DNA of 64,000 nt from Erysipelotrichaceae bacterium (GCA_028723085.1 JAQYFP010000181.1:2053-66052), one strand, 5' to 3'; positions 1-9,876 are shown, counted from the stretch's first letter. Numbers and translations: made by a program. The notes: generated by a model from the letters alone, not told the origin.

Positions 1-370
1 AGTTTTCACCTTCAGCAGCTGACAATAAGTTATCGGCAGTTGATCCAATTCCATTTAATTCTTTGAACCACATTTTAGCGTGTTCTTTTTCATTATCAGC
101 TGTTTTTTGGAATAAAGCACTAATTTGTTCGAAACCTTCTTTTTTCGCAACTGAAGCAAAGAAAGTATATTTATTGCGTGCTTGTGATTCACCTGCAAAA
201 GCAGTTTCTAAGTTCTTTTCTGTTTGTGTTCCTGCATAAGGATTAGATTTAGCTTCTTCTACTTTTTCAAAAACTGAAGCTGGTTTCTTACATAAAGGAC
301 ATACATAATCTTCTGGTAAAACATCTCCTTCATATACATATCCACATACTTTACATACCCATTTTGACAT
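1..370 (-). CDS. rbr: Rubrerythrin with N-terminal rubredoxin-like domain (3' end outside window)
   Basis: Not in the ORF track; translated by hand from ATG at 370: [21 protein letters not shown] (two CxxC), then [22 protein letters not shown] diiron motifs. SD GGAGG upstream. Confidence 0.9.
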   Translation of the reverse strand, partial: MSKWVCKVCGYVYEGDVLPEDYVCPLCKKPASVFEKVEEAKSNPYAGTQTEKNLETAFAGESQARNKYTFFASVAKKEGFEQISALFQKTADNEKEHAKMWFKELNGIGSTADNLLSAAEGEN

Positions 371-386
371 ATTTATTTCCTCCGTT

Positions 387-752
387 TTAATTTCTTTCAT
401 GGCGACAATCTTCACATACATAGCTTATATTTAAATCATATGACTCAACTGGTACATCCAATTGATTTTGAAGTGATGACGTTAAATCCGTTAAAAACAA
501 ATCCGTAATTTTTCCACATTTCTTACAAATCAAATGATCGTGGCGAATGATTTTGTCATAACGATCTGGTTGTCCATCGACCTTCACTTTATGAATGAGT
601 CCTTGATCATATAAACTCGAAAGATTGTTGTAAACAGTAGCTAAGACAATCTTACTGTTCTGTTCTTTCATCTTGAAATAAATCTCTTCAGCGGTTAAAT
701 GACAATTAGATAAATTGATTAAATCGAGTATCATTTTAGCGTATTTAGTCAT
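387..752 (-). CDS. perR: Fur-family regulator, PerR-like
   Basis: [15 protein letters not shown] (PerR-type helix rather than Fur-type TVYRTL), [15 protein letters not shown]-terminal CxxC; directly upstream of rubrerythrin. Confidence 0.8.
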   Translation of the reverse strand: MTKYAKMILDLINLSNCHLTAEEIYFKMKEQNSKIVLATVYNNLSSLYDQGLIHKVKVDGQPDRYDKIIRHDHLICKKCGKITDLFLTDLTSSLQNQLDVPVESYDLNISYVCEDCRHERN

Positions 753-763
753 ATTAGCCTCCT

Positions 764-778
764 TTAGAATTATTCCAA
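764..778. promoter_or_regulatory. Per box (7-1-7 inverted repeat)
   Basis: TTAGAAT-T-ATTCCAA, one mismatch from a perfect palindrome; matches TTANAATNATTNTAA at all but one position; next to the perR SD. Confidence 0.7.
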
Positions 779-785
779 TTCTATT

Positions 786-1217
786 TTATTTATTTTGTTC
801 CTCTTTGTCAACCCTATGACTTAAAATATATTTTTCAATTGTTTTAAATTGTTTCAAAGCCGCTTGTTTAAAACGAAAAGACGAAATTCTTCCCTTCTTA
901 TTTTCTTCATTCTTAATATCAAAATAATCTTCTGTATATGTTACATTACACGTACCATCATTAAGGTCTTCTACAACATATGCCATTTTCACAATTTCTT
1001 TAGAATTTGAAATATTCGCTTTATATTCTTTACCTGGAACAAATGATTCAACTTTTACATGAATAGTATCGTGTTTCCCTTTTTTACTATATTGCGTACC
1101 CGTTTGAATTTTATGAACCTTTTTATTTGTAGCTTGATGAATATCTTCAATAATTGATAATTCAAAGGCATCAAATAATTCTTTTGGTGTTACTTTCATT
1201 ATTTTACTGTATTCCAT
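786..1217 (-). CDS. Hypothetical protein, DUF3284-like
   Basis: 143-aa ORF with SD; pattern (ELFDAFELSIIEDI..TGTQYSK..VTYTE) resembles DUF3284 by eye only. Confidence 0.5.
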   Translation of the reverse strand: MEYSKIMKVTPKELFDAFELSIIEDIHQATNKKVHKIQTGTQYSKKGKHDTIHVKVESFVPGKEYKANISNSKEIVKMAYVVEDLNDGTCNVTYTEDYFDIKNEENKKGRISSFRFKQAALKQFKTIEKYILSHRVDKEEQNK

Positions 1218-1220
1218 AGT

Positions 1221-1949
1221 TTATCCCTCAAATTGATCTAAGTACTTTTGTACAGATCTTGTCATTTCTTTTGAAAACTCTGAGTTATATTTTCTTGTAC
1301 AGAAAGCTTGAATCCAAGAATCATATAAAGTTGGATCACATTTATTCGATAACATATCCTTTAATTCTTCTTCCTTTAATTCATGGTATGTGTTTTCTTG
1401 TACAATGTATTTTTTATTTTGGCGAAGTGGTTTTACTCTATCTTTTTGTTGTTGGGTTGGATATCCAAATACTAATAAAGCGGCTGGGAAAACATATTCC
1501 GGTAAATTCAATAATTCTCTTTGTCGTTCATAGTTTTCCATTACGTCTCCAATGTAACAAGAACCAATGCCATAGCTTTCTGCTGCCACTACTGCGTTTT
1601 GAGCTGCAATTAGAGCATCATCAACAGCTAAAAGTAAATCTCCTACTCCTGGTTTTCTAGGATTACAGTTTCCGTAATTGTACGCATCGTACCATTTTTT
1701 ACAATCCGCTAAAAATACTAAAACCAATTGTCCTTGGGCAATAAATGATTGATGATCACAAGTTTCACATAGTTCTTTTTTAATGTTTTCATCACTGATT
1801 TTTAGAATGGTATACAATTGTTGGTTACCTGCTGTAGGTGCTTGAAAAGCAGCTTCTAAAATTTCTTCTTCAATTTCTTTACTTATTTTTTGATCTGTAA
1901 AAACTCGTACGCTTTTACGATTATATAGTTGTTCAATTGTTTGATTCAT
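1221..1949 (-). CDS. Nitroreductase family protein (NfrA-like)
   Basis: RKSVRVF, APTAGNQQ, GIGSCYIG, LLVFGYP motifs; start moved to MNQT after SD AGGAGG. Confidence 0.85.
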   Translation of the reverse strand: MNQTIEQLYNRKSVRVFTDQKISKEIEEEILEAAFQAPTAGNQQLYTILKISDENIKKELCETCDHQSFIAQGQLVLVFLADCKKWYDAYNYGNCNPRKPGVGDLLLAVDDALIAAQNAVVAAESYGIGSCYIGDVMENYERQRELLNLPEYVFPAALLVFGYPTQQQKDRVKPLRQNKKYIVQENTYHELKEEELKDMLSNKCDPTLYDSWIQAFCTRKYNSEFSKEMTRSVQKYLDQFEG

Positions 1950-2006
1950 ATTAATTCCTCCTAGATTTATTTTAATTCTTATTGAATACAGAATCAATTA
2001 TGATAT

Positions 2007-2037
2007 AATTGGTATAACCAAAATGGTTATACCAATT
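2007..2037. promoter_or_regulatory. Double FadR-family operator overlapping an extended -10 (TGATATAAT 2001-2009)
   Basis: Perfect 14-bp inverted repeat AATTGGTATAACCA-aaa-TGGTTATACCAATT; each half is a TGGT-N3-ACCA palindrome. Confidence 0.75.
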
Positions 2038-2046
2038 GGAGGAAGT

Positions 2047-2766
2047 ATGGAACAAAGTGCTAGAGATATTGCCTTAAATTATTTTCTAGAAGAAATAAAA
2101 GAAAATAATTTAAAACCAGGAGATAAAATTCTTAATGAACGACAGTTATCTGAAAACCTTGGAATTTCACGGGTTCCTTTACGTGAGGCCATTACGATTT
2201 TATCAACTCTGGGTATTTTAGAAGTTCGTCAAGGATCTGGAACCTACGTAAGCAATAAAGATTCGCATATTTTATCGACTATCATTACTAAATATGGTTT
2301 CTGTGATCGATTTATGGTAGATGAAGTTTTTGAAGCGCGTTCTTTATTAGAAGCCGATGGAGCTAAATTAGCCGCTCGTAATCGAACTAAAAGTGATTTA
2401 GAAAACTTACATGATGTTTTAAATCAACATGAACAAGCAACAAAACAATACTATGCGCATCAAATTAGTGAAGAAGAAATGATGGATTACGATGGAAAAG
2501 TTCATTTAAGCATTGCCGCAAGTAGTCACAATAACTTTTTGGTACAAATCATTGAAGCCATTCGTAGTGTCACTATGGAACAACATTATTTTTCTAAAGA
2601 GAATACCCGTGATTCTCAACATTTTTTAAAGTCTTGTGAATTTCATAAAAACATTGTCTTAGCTATCGAGCAACAAGACGAACAAAAAGCTTATGAAATG
2701 ATGCAAGCTCATATTTATCAAGTTGAAAACGCATTAGACATTGAGTCAATAAGGAGGAAAAAATGA
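2047..2766 (+). CDS. GntR/FadR-family transcriptional regulator
   Basis: wHTH LKPGDKILNERQLSENLGISRVPLREA..GSGTYV plus FCD domain (EVFEARSLLE, FHKNIV..AI); SD GGAGG before ATG 2047. Confidence 0.9.
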   Translation: MEQSARDIALNYFLEEIKENNLKPGDKILNERQLSENLGISRVPLREAITILSTLGILEVRQGSGTYVSNKDSHILSTIITKYGFCDRFMVDEVFEARSLLEADGAKLAARNRTKSDLENLHDVLNQHEQATKQYYAHQISEEEMMDYDGKVHLSIAASSHNNFLVQIIEAIRSVTMEQHYFSKENTRDSQHFLKSCEFHKNIVLAIEQQDEQKAYEMMQAHIYQVENALDIESIRRKK

Positions 2767-3722
2767 AAACATTAAATTGGGCAACTTTAGGTTGTGGTGT
2801 AATTGCGAATCAATTAGCACAGGCTCTACAAAAACAAGGAAGAAATTTATATAGTGTTGCGAATCGTACGCATGATAAAGCAATCGCATTTGCGAATAAG
2901 TATAATATAGAAAAAGTATATGATTGTATTGATGATGTGTTTGAAGATGAAAATGTTGATATCATTTATATTTCTACTCCCCACAATACGCATATTCAAT
3001 ATTTAAGAAAAGCTTTAGCTAATGGTAAGCATGTTCTATGTGAAAAAGCTATTACTTTAAATTCAGATGAATTAGAAGAAGCTATTCGCTTAGCGAATGA
3101 ACATAATGTGATTCTTGCGGAGGCTATGACCATTTTCCACATGCCAATTTATAAAAAACTAAAAGAGGTTCAGTTAGGTGAATTAAAAATGATTCAAATG
3201 AACTTTGGTAGCTATAAAGAATATGATATGAATAATCGTTTCTTTAATCCTAACTTAGCAGGTGGAGCTTTATTGGACATTGGTGTATATGCCCTATCTT
3301 TATGTCGTTACTTTATGTCAAGTTGTCCAGATCAAGTACTTTCTCAAGTTAAAATGGCTCCTAGTGGTGTCGATGAACAAGCTGGTATTTTATTAATGAA
3401 TCCAGATGGACAAATGGCTACCATTGCCTTAACACTTCATGCCAAACAACCAAAACGTGCTACATTAGCTTATGATCAAGGTTATATTGAAATCTATGAA
3501 TATCCACGTGGACAAGAAGCTACGATTACTTATACTAGTGATGGTCATAAGGAAGTTATTCAATGTGGAGATACTAGTGATGCATTAGTATATGAAGTGA
3601 ACGACATGGAACAAGCTATTTTAAATGGTTCTTCAATGTGCTTGGATTATACTCGTGATGTTATGAAATTAATGACAGAAATCAGAAAGTCTTGGGATTT
3701 CTATTATCCAGAGGAGAAATAA
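2763..3722 (+). CDS. Gfo/Idh/MocA family oxidoreductase
   Basis: LGCGVIA Rossmann motif, STPHNTH, KHVLCEKA, GGALLDIGVY; start overlaps the upstream stop. Confidence 0.9.
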   Translation: MKTLNWATLGCGVIANQLAQALQKQGRNLYSVANRTHDKAIAFANKYNIEKVYDCIDDVFEDENVDIIYISTPHNTHIQYLRKALANGKHVLCEKAITLNSDELEEAIRLANEHNVILAEAMTIFHMPIYKKLKEVQLGELKMIQMNFGSYKEYDMNNRFFNPNLAGGALLDIGVYALSLCRYFMSSCPDQVLSQVKMAPSGVDEQAGILLMNPDGQMATIALTLHAKQPKRATLAYDQGYIEIYEYPRGQEATITYTSDGHKEVIQCGDTSDALVYEVNDMEQAILNGSSMCLDYTRDVMKLMTEIRKSWDFYYPEEK

Positions 3723-3724
3723 TT

Positions 3725-4144
3725 ATGGAATATAAAAGATTTGAAAATACTATTGTTGTTCGTATAGACAAAAACGAAGAAATACTAGAACAAGTAAAGG
3801 AAATCGCATTAAAAGAAAATATAAAACTTGCTTCTATTCAAGCTTTAGGAGCTATCAATGATTTTACTGTTGGTGTATTTAAATGTGATGAAAAACAATA
3901 CTATGCGAATCATTTTGAAGGAAGCTATGAAATTGTATCTCTAACAGGAACAATTAATACAATGAATAATGAATTTTATTGTCATCTTCATCTAAGTGCT
4001 GGAAACGATAAAGGAGAAGTATTTGGTGGACATCTAAATAAAGCCATTGTATCTGCTACTTGTGAAATGATTATTACAGTGATTGATGGAACCGTTGATC
4101 GTGTATTTAATGAAGAAGTGGGATTAAATTTATTTAAATTTTAA
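3725..4144 (+). CDS. PPC/PCC (DUF296) domain protein
   Basis: IQALGA, EIVSLTGTI, HLHLSAG..VFGGHL, TCEMII motifs. Confidence 0.85.
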   Translation: MEYKRFENTIVVRIDKNEEILEQVKEIALKENIKLASIQALGAINDFTVGVFKCDEKQYYANHFEGSYEIVSLTGTINTMNNEFYCHLHLSAGNDKGEVFGGHLNKAIVSATCEMIITVIDGTVDRVFNEEVGLNLFKF

Positions 4145-4146
4145 AA

Positions 4147-4172
4147 ATAAGCCAGATTTTATTCTGGCTTAT
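4147..4172. terminator. Intrinsic terminator between convergent genes
   Basis: ATAAGCCAGA-ttttat-TCTGGCTTAT perfect 10-bp stem. Confidence 0.75.
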
Positions 4173-5325
4173 ATATTTTATTGGCATATTCAGTAGGACT
4201 AATGCCGTATTCTTGTTTAAAACGACGAGAAAAGTAATGAATGCTTGAAAATCCTAATAAGTTAGATATTTCTGATATTGTATACTTACTTTCTCTTATT
4301 AATTCTTTACTCTTATTCAATTTCATATTTAAGATATAGCGTTTAGGAGCTATATGTAAGTTATTATTAAAAAGATTTTGAAGAGAGCTTCTAGACAATC
4401 CAAAGTGTTGACACAATTCTTCTACGTTATTAAAATCACTAAAAATATTTTCATTAATATAAAGTAGTATTTCATTTATTAGTTCATTTTCAAAGTTCTG
4501 TTGCATTGGTGTACTTGCGACTTTTTTATCGGTTTCTGATAATAAAAGCGAAGAAATGATGCGATTTAATGAAGAAAATAATAATACATTACTTTTAGTT
4601 GAACTTCCTTCTACAAAATGATCAAGAGATGCTTTCATAGAACGACTAACTGGGAAAACTTTATTAATTAATTTTAAGTGGTCTTCTTCTTTTTTTAAGT
4701 CCATATCAACAATAATTGATAAATAAGAACATGAATTATCATGGGTATTTTGATCATGGAATTGATTTGGTCCATAAATCATTAACTCATTGGCATGTAA
4801 TACGTATTCAATTCCATCTACAAACGTATGAAGAACACCTGAATCTACATAAGTAATTTCCCAATAGCGCAAAGATTCCCCTGCAAATTGATAGTGACTA
4901 TTTCTCACGTTGTAATAATACGCAATTAATTCTTTAATATTAATTTCTGGCAAAATACGATGATAAGAATATTCTTTTTCTAAGAATATATTTTCAATTC
5001 GACATCCCTTTAGAAATGCCAATTCGACTTTAGAACATTCTCCTAATGGAATTACATTAAAATAATTTCCCTTATTGATTTTAATAATACGATGCACCAC
5101 AAATTCATCATAAGATTCATTATTGATATCATCGGTAATAATCAATAACGAAATGCCCTCAATTGATTTTAAATACACATCATCTGTTGCCCTTAAAAAA
5201 TAAGTAATAGAATCACTTGTTGCGTTTAATATGTAATTGTTTTTATGGGATTCTTTACTATGCGTGTGATCCGTATACACTTCTCCATATTTCAAGAAAT
5301 CCACACTTGATGTCTTCTTAAACAC
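4159..5325 (-). CDS. Long AraC-family regulator (paralog 1)
   Basis: C-terminal double HTH (ELCQHFGLSRSSLQNLF..GFSSIHYFSRRFKQEYGISP), central cupin (WEITYVDSG..GPNQFH). Start reassigned to GTG 5325 (SD AAAGAGG), giving MFKKTSSVDFLKYG like paralog 2. Confidence 0.88.
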   Translation of the reverse strand: MFKKTSSVDFLKYGEVYTDHTHSKESHKNNYILNATSDSITYFLRATDDVYLKSIEGISLLIITDDINNESYDEFVVHRIIKINKGNYFNVIPLGECSKVELAFLKGCRIENIFLEKEYSYHRILPEINIKELIAYYYNVRNSHYQFAGESLRYWEITYVDSGVLHTFVDGIEYVLHANELMIYGPNQFHDQNTHDNSCSYLSIIVDMDLKKEEDHLKLINKVFPVSRSMKASLDHFVEGSSTKSNVLLFSSLNRIISSLLLSETDKKVASTPMQQNFENELINEILLYINENIFSDFNNVEELCQHFGLSRSSLQNLFNNNLHIAPKRYILNMKLNKSKELIRESKYTISEISNLLGFSSIHYFSRRFKQEYGISPTEYANKIYKPE

Positions 5326-5356
5326 GTTGTCCTCTTTCATTCTTATAATAACAAAA

Positions 5357-5378
5357 GAGGCTCGAATAATCGAGCCTC
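5357..5378 (-). terminator. Terminator of the aga PTS IIBCD transcript
   Basis: GAGGCTCGA-ttat-TCGAGCCTC followed by TTTTG on the minus strand. Confidence 0.75.
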
Positions 5379-5407
5379 AAATAAGAGAGTATTTTATGCA
5401 ATTGATC

Positions 5408-6280
5408 TTAGGCTACAGTCCAAGGAACTGGTACTAATGGTGTATATCCACCAGCCCAGATACCGAAGATTGCTCCAACAATACCAATTACTAAGATTAG
5501 ACCGATACATTTAACAGGTGTCCAACCTTTTTTCTTAATTAAGAAATACATTAATAAAGTTAATAATAATGGTAATAAGCAAGGTAAGATCATATTCAAG
5601 TAGTTTTGAATAACGATTGGGCTTTCACCGTTTTCGATAACGATACCTAATTGAGTACCACCACCATAGTTAGCAATTAATGCACCAACAACGAATACTC
5701 CTAAGATAGAAGCAGCGTGAGTAAATTCTTGAGCATATTCAGTCATCATGCTGACAGCTTTCATACCCAAGTTGTAAGACCAATATAATAATCCATAACG
5801 TAATGCCATTTCGCATCCGAATAATACGATGAAGTATAGGATTGGTCCCATCATAGAACCATCAATAGCCATATTAGCTGTTAAACCAGCAGTAATAGGA
5901 ACTAATGTATACCAGAATAATGCATCTCCGATTCCTCCTAATGGAGCAGCAACAGAAATACGTACTGAACGAATAGTTTGTGGATCAGTTTTTAATTGTT
6001 CCATTGATAATACGATACCCATAACGAATGTTACAGCGAATGGGTGAGTATTAATGAAGTCCATGTTATGAGTCATAGAAGTAGCTAAGTCTTCTTTGTT
6101 AGTGTGGATTTCTTGAAGTCCAGGTAACATTGCCCATAACCATCCAGCTGATTGCATACGTTCGTAGTTGAACGCAGCTTGTAATTGGCAAGAACGCCAA
6201 ACCATTTTGTTAATAGTTTTTTTGCTAACACGAGGAGCTGGGGTAGTATCTACGTATCTTAAGTTTTGATTAGATTCCAT
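5408..6280 (-). CDS. agaE: Mannose-class PTS IID, GalNAc type
   Basis: QAAFNYERMQSAGW, FINTHP, APLGGIGDALFW IID motifs; agaS and agaZ neighbours. Confidence 0.85.
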   Translation of the reverse strand: MESNQNLRYVDTTPAPRVSKKTINKMVWRSCQLQAAFNYERMQSAGWLWAMLPGLQEIHTNKEDLATSMTHNMDFINTHPFAVTFVMGIVLSMEQLKTDPQTIRSVRISVAAPLGGIGDALFWYTLVPITAGLTANMAIDGSMMGPILYFIVLFGCEMALRYGLLYWSYNLGMKAVSMMTEYAQEFTHAASILGVFVVGALIANYGGGTQLGIVIENGESPIVIQNYLNMILPCLLPLLLTLLMYFLIKKKGWTPVKCIGLILVIGIVGAIFGIWAGGYTPLVPVPWTVA

Positions 6281-7061
6281 CGCTCATTCCTCCTTCTTCA
6301 ATTTTCTTGTTCATTCCACTCATTCTGAAGTCATTCAATGCTAAGAATACTCCTAGGAATGCAACTAATAATAATGTAGCTGATGCTAATGCATCGATGT
6401 TTCCAATTACTAATGCAACTACGAAACCAGCTAATAAGTAACCCCACATATCGTTTGCTAACATGATCTTTAATAAGATAGCGAATCCGACGAAACGCAT
6501 CATACCACCGGCAGCACTTAAACCACCCATGAACCAAGAAGCATTTTCAGATAATGATTGTAAAGCACCTGACATTGCAACACCACCAACATAAGCGATG
6601 ATAGCGATTACTGCGAATAATGAACCTAAAATTAACATTGAAGTATTTAATACAGCAGTGATTCCTTTAGGGTTAGCTTCAGCAGCAGCTTTATCAGCTT
6701 TAGCCATTAATCCTGACATTACAGTAAATGTTAATGTTACAACATATTGACCGAAAGTAGCGAAAATCATACAAGCACCTAAAGCAGCGTTGATATCCAT
6801 ATCAGCTTTAACAGCGAAAATCATAGCTACGATAGATCCTAATACAGCGTTAGGAGGCTGAGCCCCACCAACTGGCATGTTACCAATCATCATTAATTCA
6901 TAAGTACCACCAATTACTAATCCTGTTTGAACATCTCCAAGGATTAATCCAATAATAGGACAAGCAACGATTGGACGATACATAATTTCAGTTAATGAGA
7001 ATTGGTCGATAGCGAAAATAAAAGTGACGATTGCTAATAAAACAATTTCAATAACATTCAT
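6270..7061 (-). CDS. agaW: Mannose-class PTS IIC, GalNAc type
   Basis: RPIVACPIIGLILGD..GGTYELMMIG..GGAQPP; hydrophobic; lies between IIB and IID. Confidence 0.85.
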   Translation of the reverse strand: MNVIEIVLLAIVTFIFAIDQFSLTEIMYRPIVACPIIGLILGDVQTGLVIGGTYELMMIGNMPVGGAQPPNAVLGSIVAMIFAVKADMDINAALGACMIFATFGQYVVTLTFTVMSGLMAKADKAAAEANPKGITAVLNTSMLILGSLFAVIAIIAYVGGVAMSGALQSLSENASWFMGGLSAAGGMMRFVGFAILLKIMLANDMWGYLLAGFVVALVIGNIDALASATLLLVAFLGVFLALNDFRMSGMNKKIEEGGMSDGI

Positions 7062-7112
7062 ATTTTTTTCTTCTCCAATTCTTGTTCTCTAGTTTGATTT
7101 TTTTGATTTAGA

Positions 7113-7589
7113 TTATTTAAATAATTTATCTAAATCTTCTGCAGCATATTGAGGAACTCGACGAATTTCAAGTTCAACACCCAATTCTTGCAATTTTTTG
7201 AAAGTAGCAACATCATCGTCATCTACAGCAACACTTGTAGCAACTTGACGTTTACCTTCTGACATGTGCATGTTCCCGATGTTTACTTTTTTAATAGGAA
7301 CTCCACCTTCCACAAGTCTTAATACGTCTTGTGGTGTTTCACAAATAATGGCGATCATTTGTTTAGGACTTGCTTTACCAATAATTTGGATTGTTTTGTC
7401 AATTGAGAAATATCTCGTTTGAGCATAACCTGGAGCAGCCATATTCATTAACCCTTGACGCAATTTATCAGTAGATACTGCATCATTGGCAACTAATAAT
7501 AAGTTAGCTCCAACAGATCCACACCATTGAGTAGCAACTTGTCCATGAATTAAACGATTGTCAATTCTTGTTAAAACGATGTTTGGCAT
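7113..7589 (-). CDS. agaV: Mannose-class PTS IIB, AgaV-like
   Basis: MPNIVLTRIDNRLIHGQVATQW (phospho-His motif), VNIGNMH. Confidence 0.9.
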   Translation of the reverse strand: MPNIVLTRIDNRLIHGQVATQWCGSVGANLLLVANDAVSTDKLRQGLMNMAAPGYAQTRYFSIDKTIQIIGKASPKQMIAIICETPQDVLRLVEGGVPIKKVNIGNMHMSEGKRQVATSVAVDDDDVATFKKLQELGVELEIRRVPQYAAEDLDKLFK

Positions 7590-7712
7590 AAAAAACTCTC
7601 CCTTCTTAGGACGCACTCTTTTGTCCTCTATGCTTGTATTATAGTTTTTTTTACTTAAAAAATATTTACAGTTTTTGAGCTCCGTTTTGTTTTTTTTAAT
7701 AAAAAATCGAAA

Positions 7713-7726
7713 TGTAAACGCTTTAA
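7713..7726. promoter_or_regulatory. cre-like (CcpA) site in the agaV/AraC divergent region
   Basis: TGTAAACGCTTTAA resembles the TGWAANCGNTNWCA consensus, with a weak right end. Confidence 0.5.
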
Positions 7727-7950
7727 TTCAGCAAAAAAATTAAAAAATTACGGTTTCAAAAGCTAACAAATACACTATAAACAAACACATTTGAAGATTT
7801 TATCACAAAAATAAAGAAAAATGAACAATTATTTACCCTTGCATTTTAAATAATCTAAAAAAAATTTGATTTTTTACATCGTTTTTATATTAAAAATGCA
7901 AAAATTGGATTATAATTAACAAAAAATACAACAAAGAAAGGGAAAATACT

Positions 7951-9111
7951 ATGTTTAATAAGACTTCAAGCGTTGAATTTTTAAAATATGGAGATGTTTA
8001 CGGAGATTCTTCTGATCAATCATACGATGAAAATCACATTTTAACGATTCAAAATGATTCTTTTACCTATATGTTTGTCGCAGATGATGATGTATACGTT
8101 AAAACATGTGAAGGAATTTGTATGTTAGTTGTATCAAATGTACTGGATCCAGATCAATTTGAAGAATTTGTCATTCATCGTACGATTAAAATTAATAAAG
8201 GTACCTTTTTTAATTTTATACCATTAGGAAACCAAGCAAAAATTGAAATGGCATTTTCTCAATCCACTTCAATTATTAATAAATTCTTTAAAAATATTTA
8301 TTGCCATAAAAAAATAAAACCAACTCTTCGTATTAATGAACTCGTAGCCTATTACTACAACATACGTAGTTCAAACTATACTTTTATTGGTGAAAAAGAT
8401 CAGCACTGGGAAATCACTTATGTTGATTCGGGTACATTATATACAAATATTGAAGGAAATGACTTTGAAGTTCATTCCAATGAATTAATTGTATACGCTC
8501 CTGAACAATTTCACACACAAAGCACTAAAGAAGGCGTTTGTTCGTATTTAACTTTTATTGTTTCGATGGATATTTCAGAAGACGACAAAGCAAAGATTAC
8601 AGAAAGAGTATTTAAGATTTCAAGAGAAGCACGTAGTGCTCTAGAAAAGTTTGTACAGGCTGATGATTCAAAATCACCATATGATGAAAATGATATGATT
8701 TTTTCATTAGAAAAAGTTATTAATTCCATTTTAATTTCTGCAACTCAAAAAGAAAATAAAGTTGCCAGCACACCAATGCAACAAAGATTTGAAAACGAAT
8801 TAATGAATGAAATATTACTTCATATCAATCAAAATATTTATACTTCTTTAAACGTTGAAGAAATATGTGATTACTTTGCCCTAAGTCGTAGTACACTACA
8901 AACTTTATTTCGTAATAACTTAAATGTTGCACCTAAGGAATATATAAGCAATTTAAAACTTGAAAAAAGTAAATTATTAATCAAAGAAAGTAAATACACG
9001 ATTTCTGAGATTGCATCTATTTTAGGTTTTTCAAGCATTCATTATTTTTCACGTCGATTTAAACAAAAATTTGGCATTAATCCAAGTGAATATGCCAATA
9101 AAATATTATAA
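7951..9111 (+). CDS. Long AraC-family regulator (paralog 2)
   Basis: Same architecture as 4159-5325; HWEITYVDSG, GFSSIHYFSRRFKQKFGINP. Confidence 0.9.
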   Translation: MFNKTSSVEFLKYGDVYGDSSDQSYDENHILTIQNDSFTYMFVADDDVYVKTCEGICMLVVSNVLDPDQFEEFVIHRTIKINKGTFFNFIPLGNQAKIEMAFSQSTSIINKFFKNIYCHKKIKPTLRINELVAYYYNIRSSNYTFIGEKDQHWEITYVDSGTLYTNIEGNDFEVHSNELIVYAPEQFHTQSTKEGVCSYLTFIVSMDISEDDKAKITERVFKISREARSALEKFVQADDSKSPYDENDMIFSLEKVINSILISATQKENKVASTPMQQRFENELMNEILLHINQNIYTSLNVEEICDYFALSRSTLQTLFRNNLNVAPKEYISNLKLEKSKLLIKESKYTISEIASILGFSSIHYFSRRFKQKFGINPSEYANKIL

Positions 9112-9134
9112 AAAGACAGCTTGCGCTGTCTTTT
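9111..9134. terminator. Bidirectional terminator
   Basis: AAAAGACAGC-ttgc-GCTGTCTTTT between convergent AraC and nagB. Confidence 0.8.
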
Positions 9135-9135
9135 C

Positions 9136-9867
9136 TTATTTAACTAAACTTAAAGCTTCTTCATCTGCAATTAAAATTACATCATCATGGAATTTTAAAA
9201 TAGATGCAGGAACTTGTGGAGTCACAGATCCTTCAATTAATTCTTTTACAATTGGAGCCTTAGCTTTACCTGAAGCTACGATTAAAATTCTCTTAGCACT
9301 CATGATTTCACCAATTCCCATTGTATAAGCGTATCTAGGAACATCATCAATTGAATCAAATAAACGTGAGTTTGCTTGAATTGTACTTTCTGTTAATTCT
9401 ACTTTATGTACTTTTTCTTCAAATACATCACTTGGTTCATTGAATCCAATGTGTCCATTGTTTCCGATTCCTAATAATTGAAGATCAATTCCACCCATTG
9501 ATTCAATCACATTATGATATCTTTCACATTCTTCTTCAGCATTTTCAGCTTTACCATTTGGTACATTTGTGTTGTTGATATCAATATTTACACGATTGAA
9601 TAAATTTTTATTCATGAAATAACGATAACTTTGATCATGTGTTCCATCAAGACCAACATATTCATCCAAGTTTACTGTTTTAACTTGTGAAAAATCTAAG
9701 TCTCCTTTGTCACACCAATGAGCTAAAGTATCATAAATTCCAATAGGAGTTGATCCTGTTGCCAATCCTAATACACAATCATTTTTTAAAATGATTTGAG
9801 CTGAAATAATATTGGCAGCCTTTCTTGACATATCTTTATAGTCGCGTGCACGTACTACTTTTAACAT
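9136..9867 (-). CDS. nagB: Glucosamine-6-phosphate deaminase
   Basis: GLATGSTP, NLDEYVGL, QSYRYFMNKNLF, LLGIGNNGHIGFNEP motifs. Confidence 0.95.
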   Translation of the reverse strand: MLKVVRARDYKDMSRKAANIISAQIILKNDCVLGLATGSTPIGIYDTLAHWCDKGDLDFSQVKTVNLDEYVGLDGTHDQSYRYFMNKNLFNRVNIDINNTNVPNGKAENAEEECERYHNVIESMGGIDLQLLGIGNNGHIGFNEPSDVFEEKVHKVELTESTIQANSRLFDSIDDVPRYAYTMGIGEIMSAKRILIVASGKAKAPIVKELIEGSVTPQVPASILKFHDDVILIADEEALSLVK

Positions 9868-9876
9868 ATATTCCAC

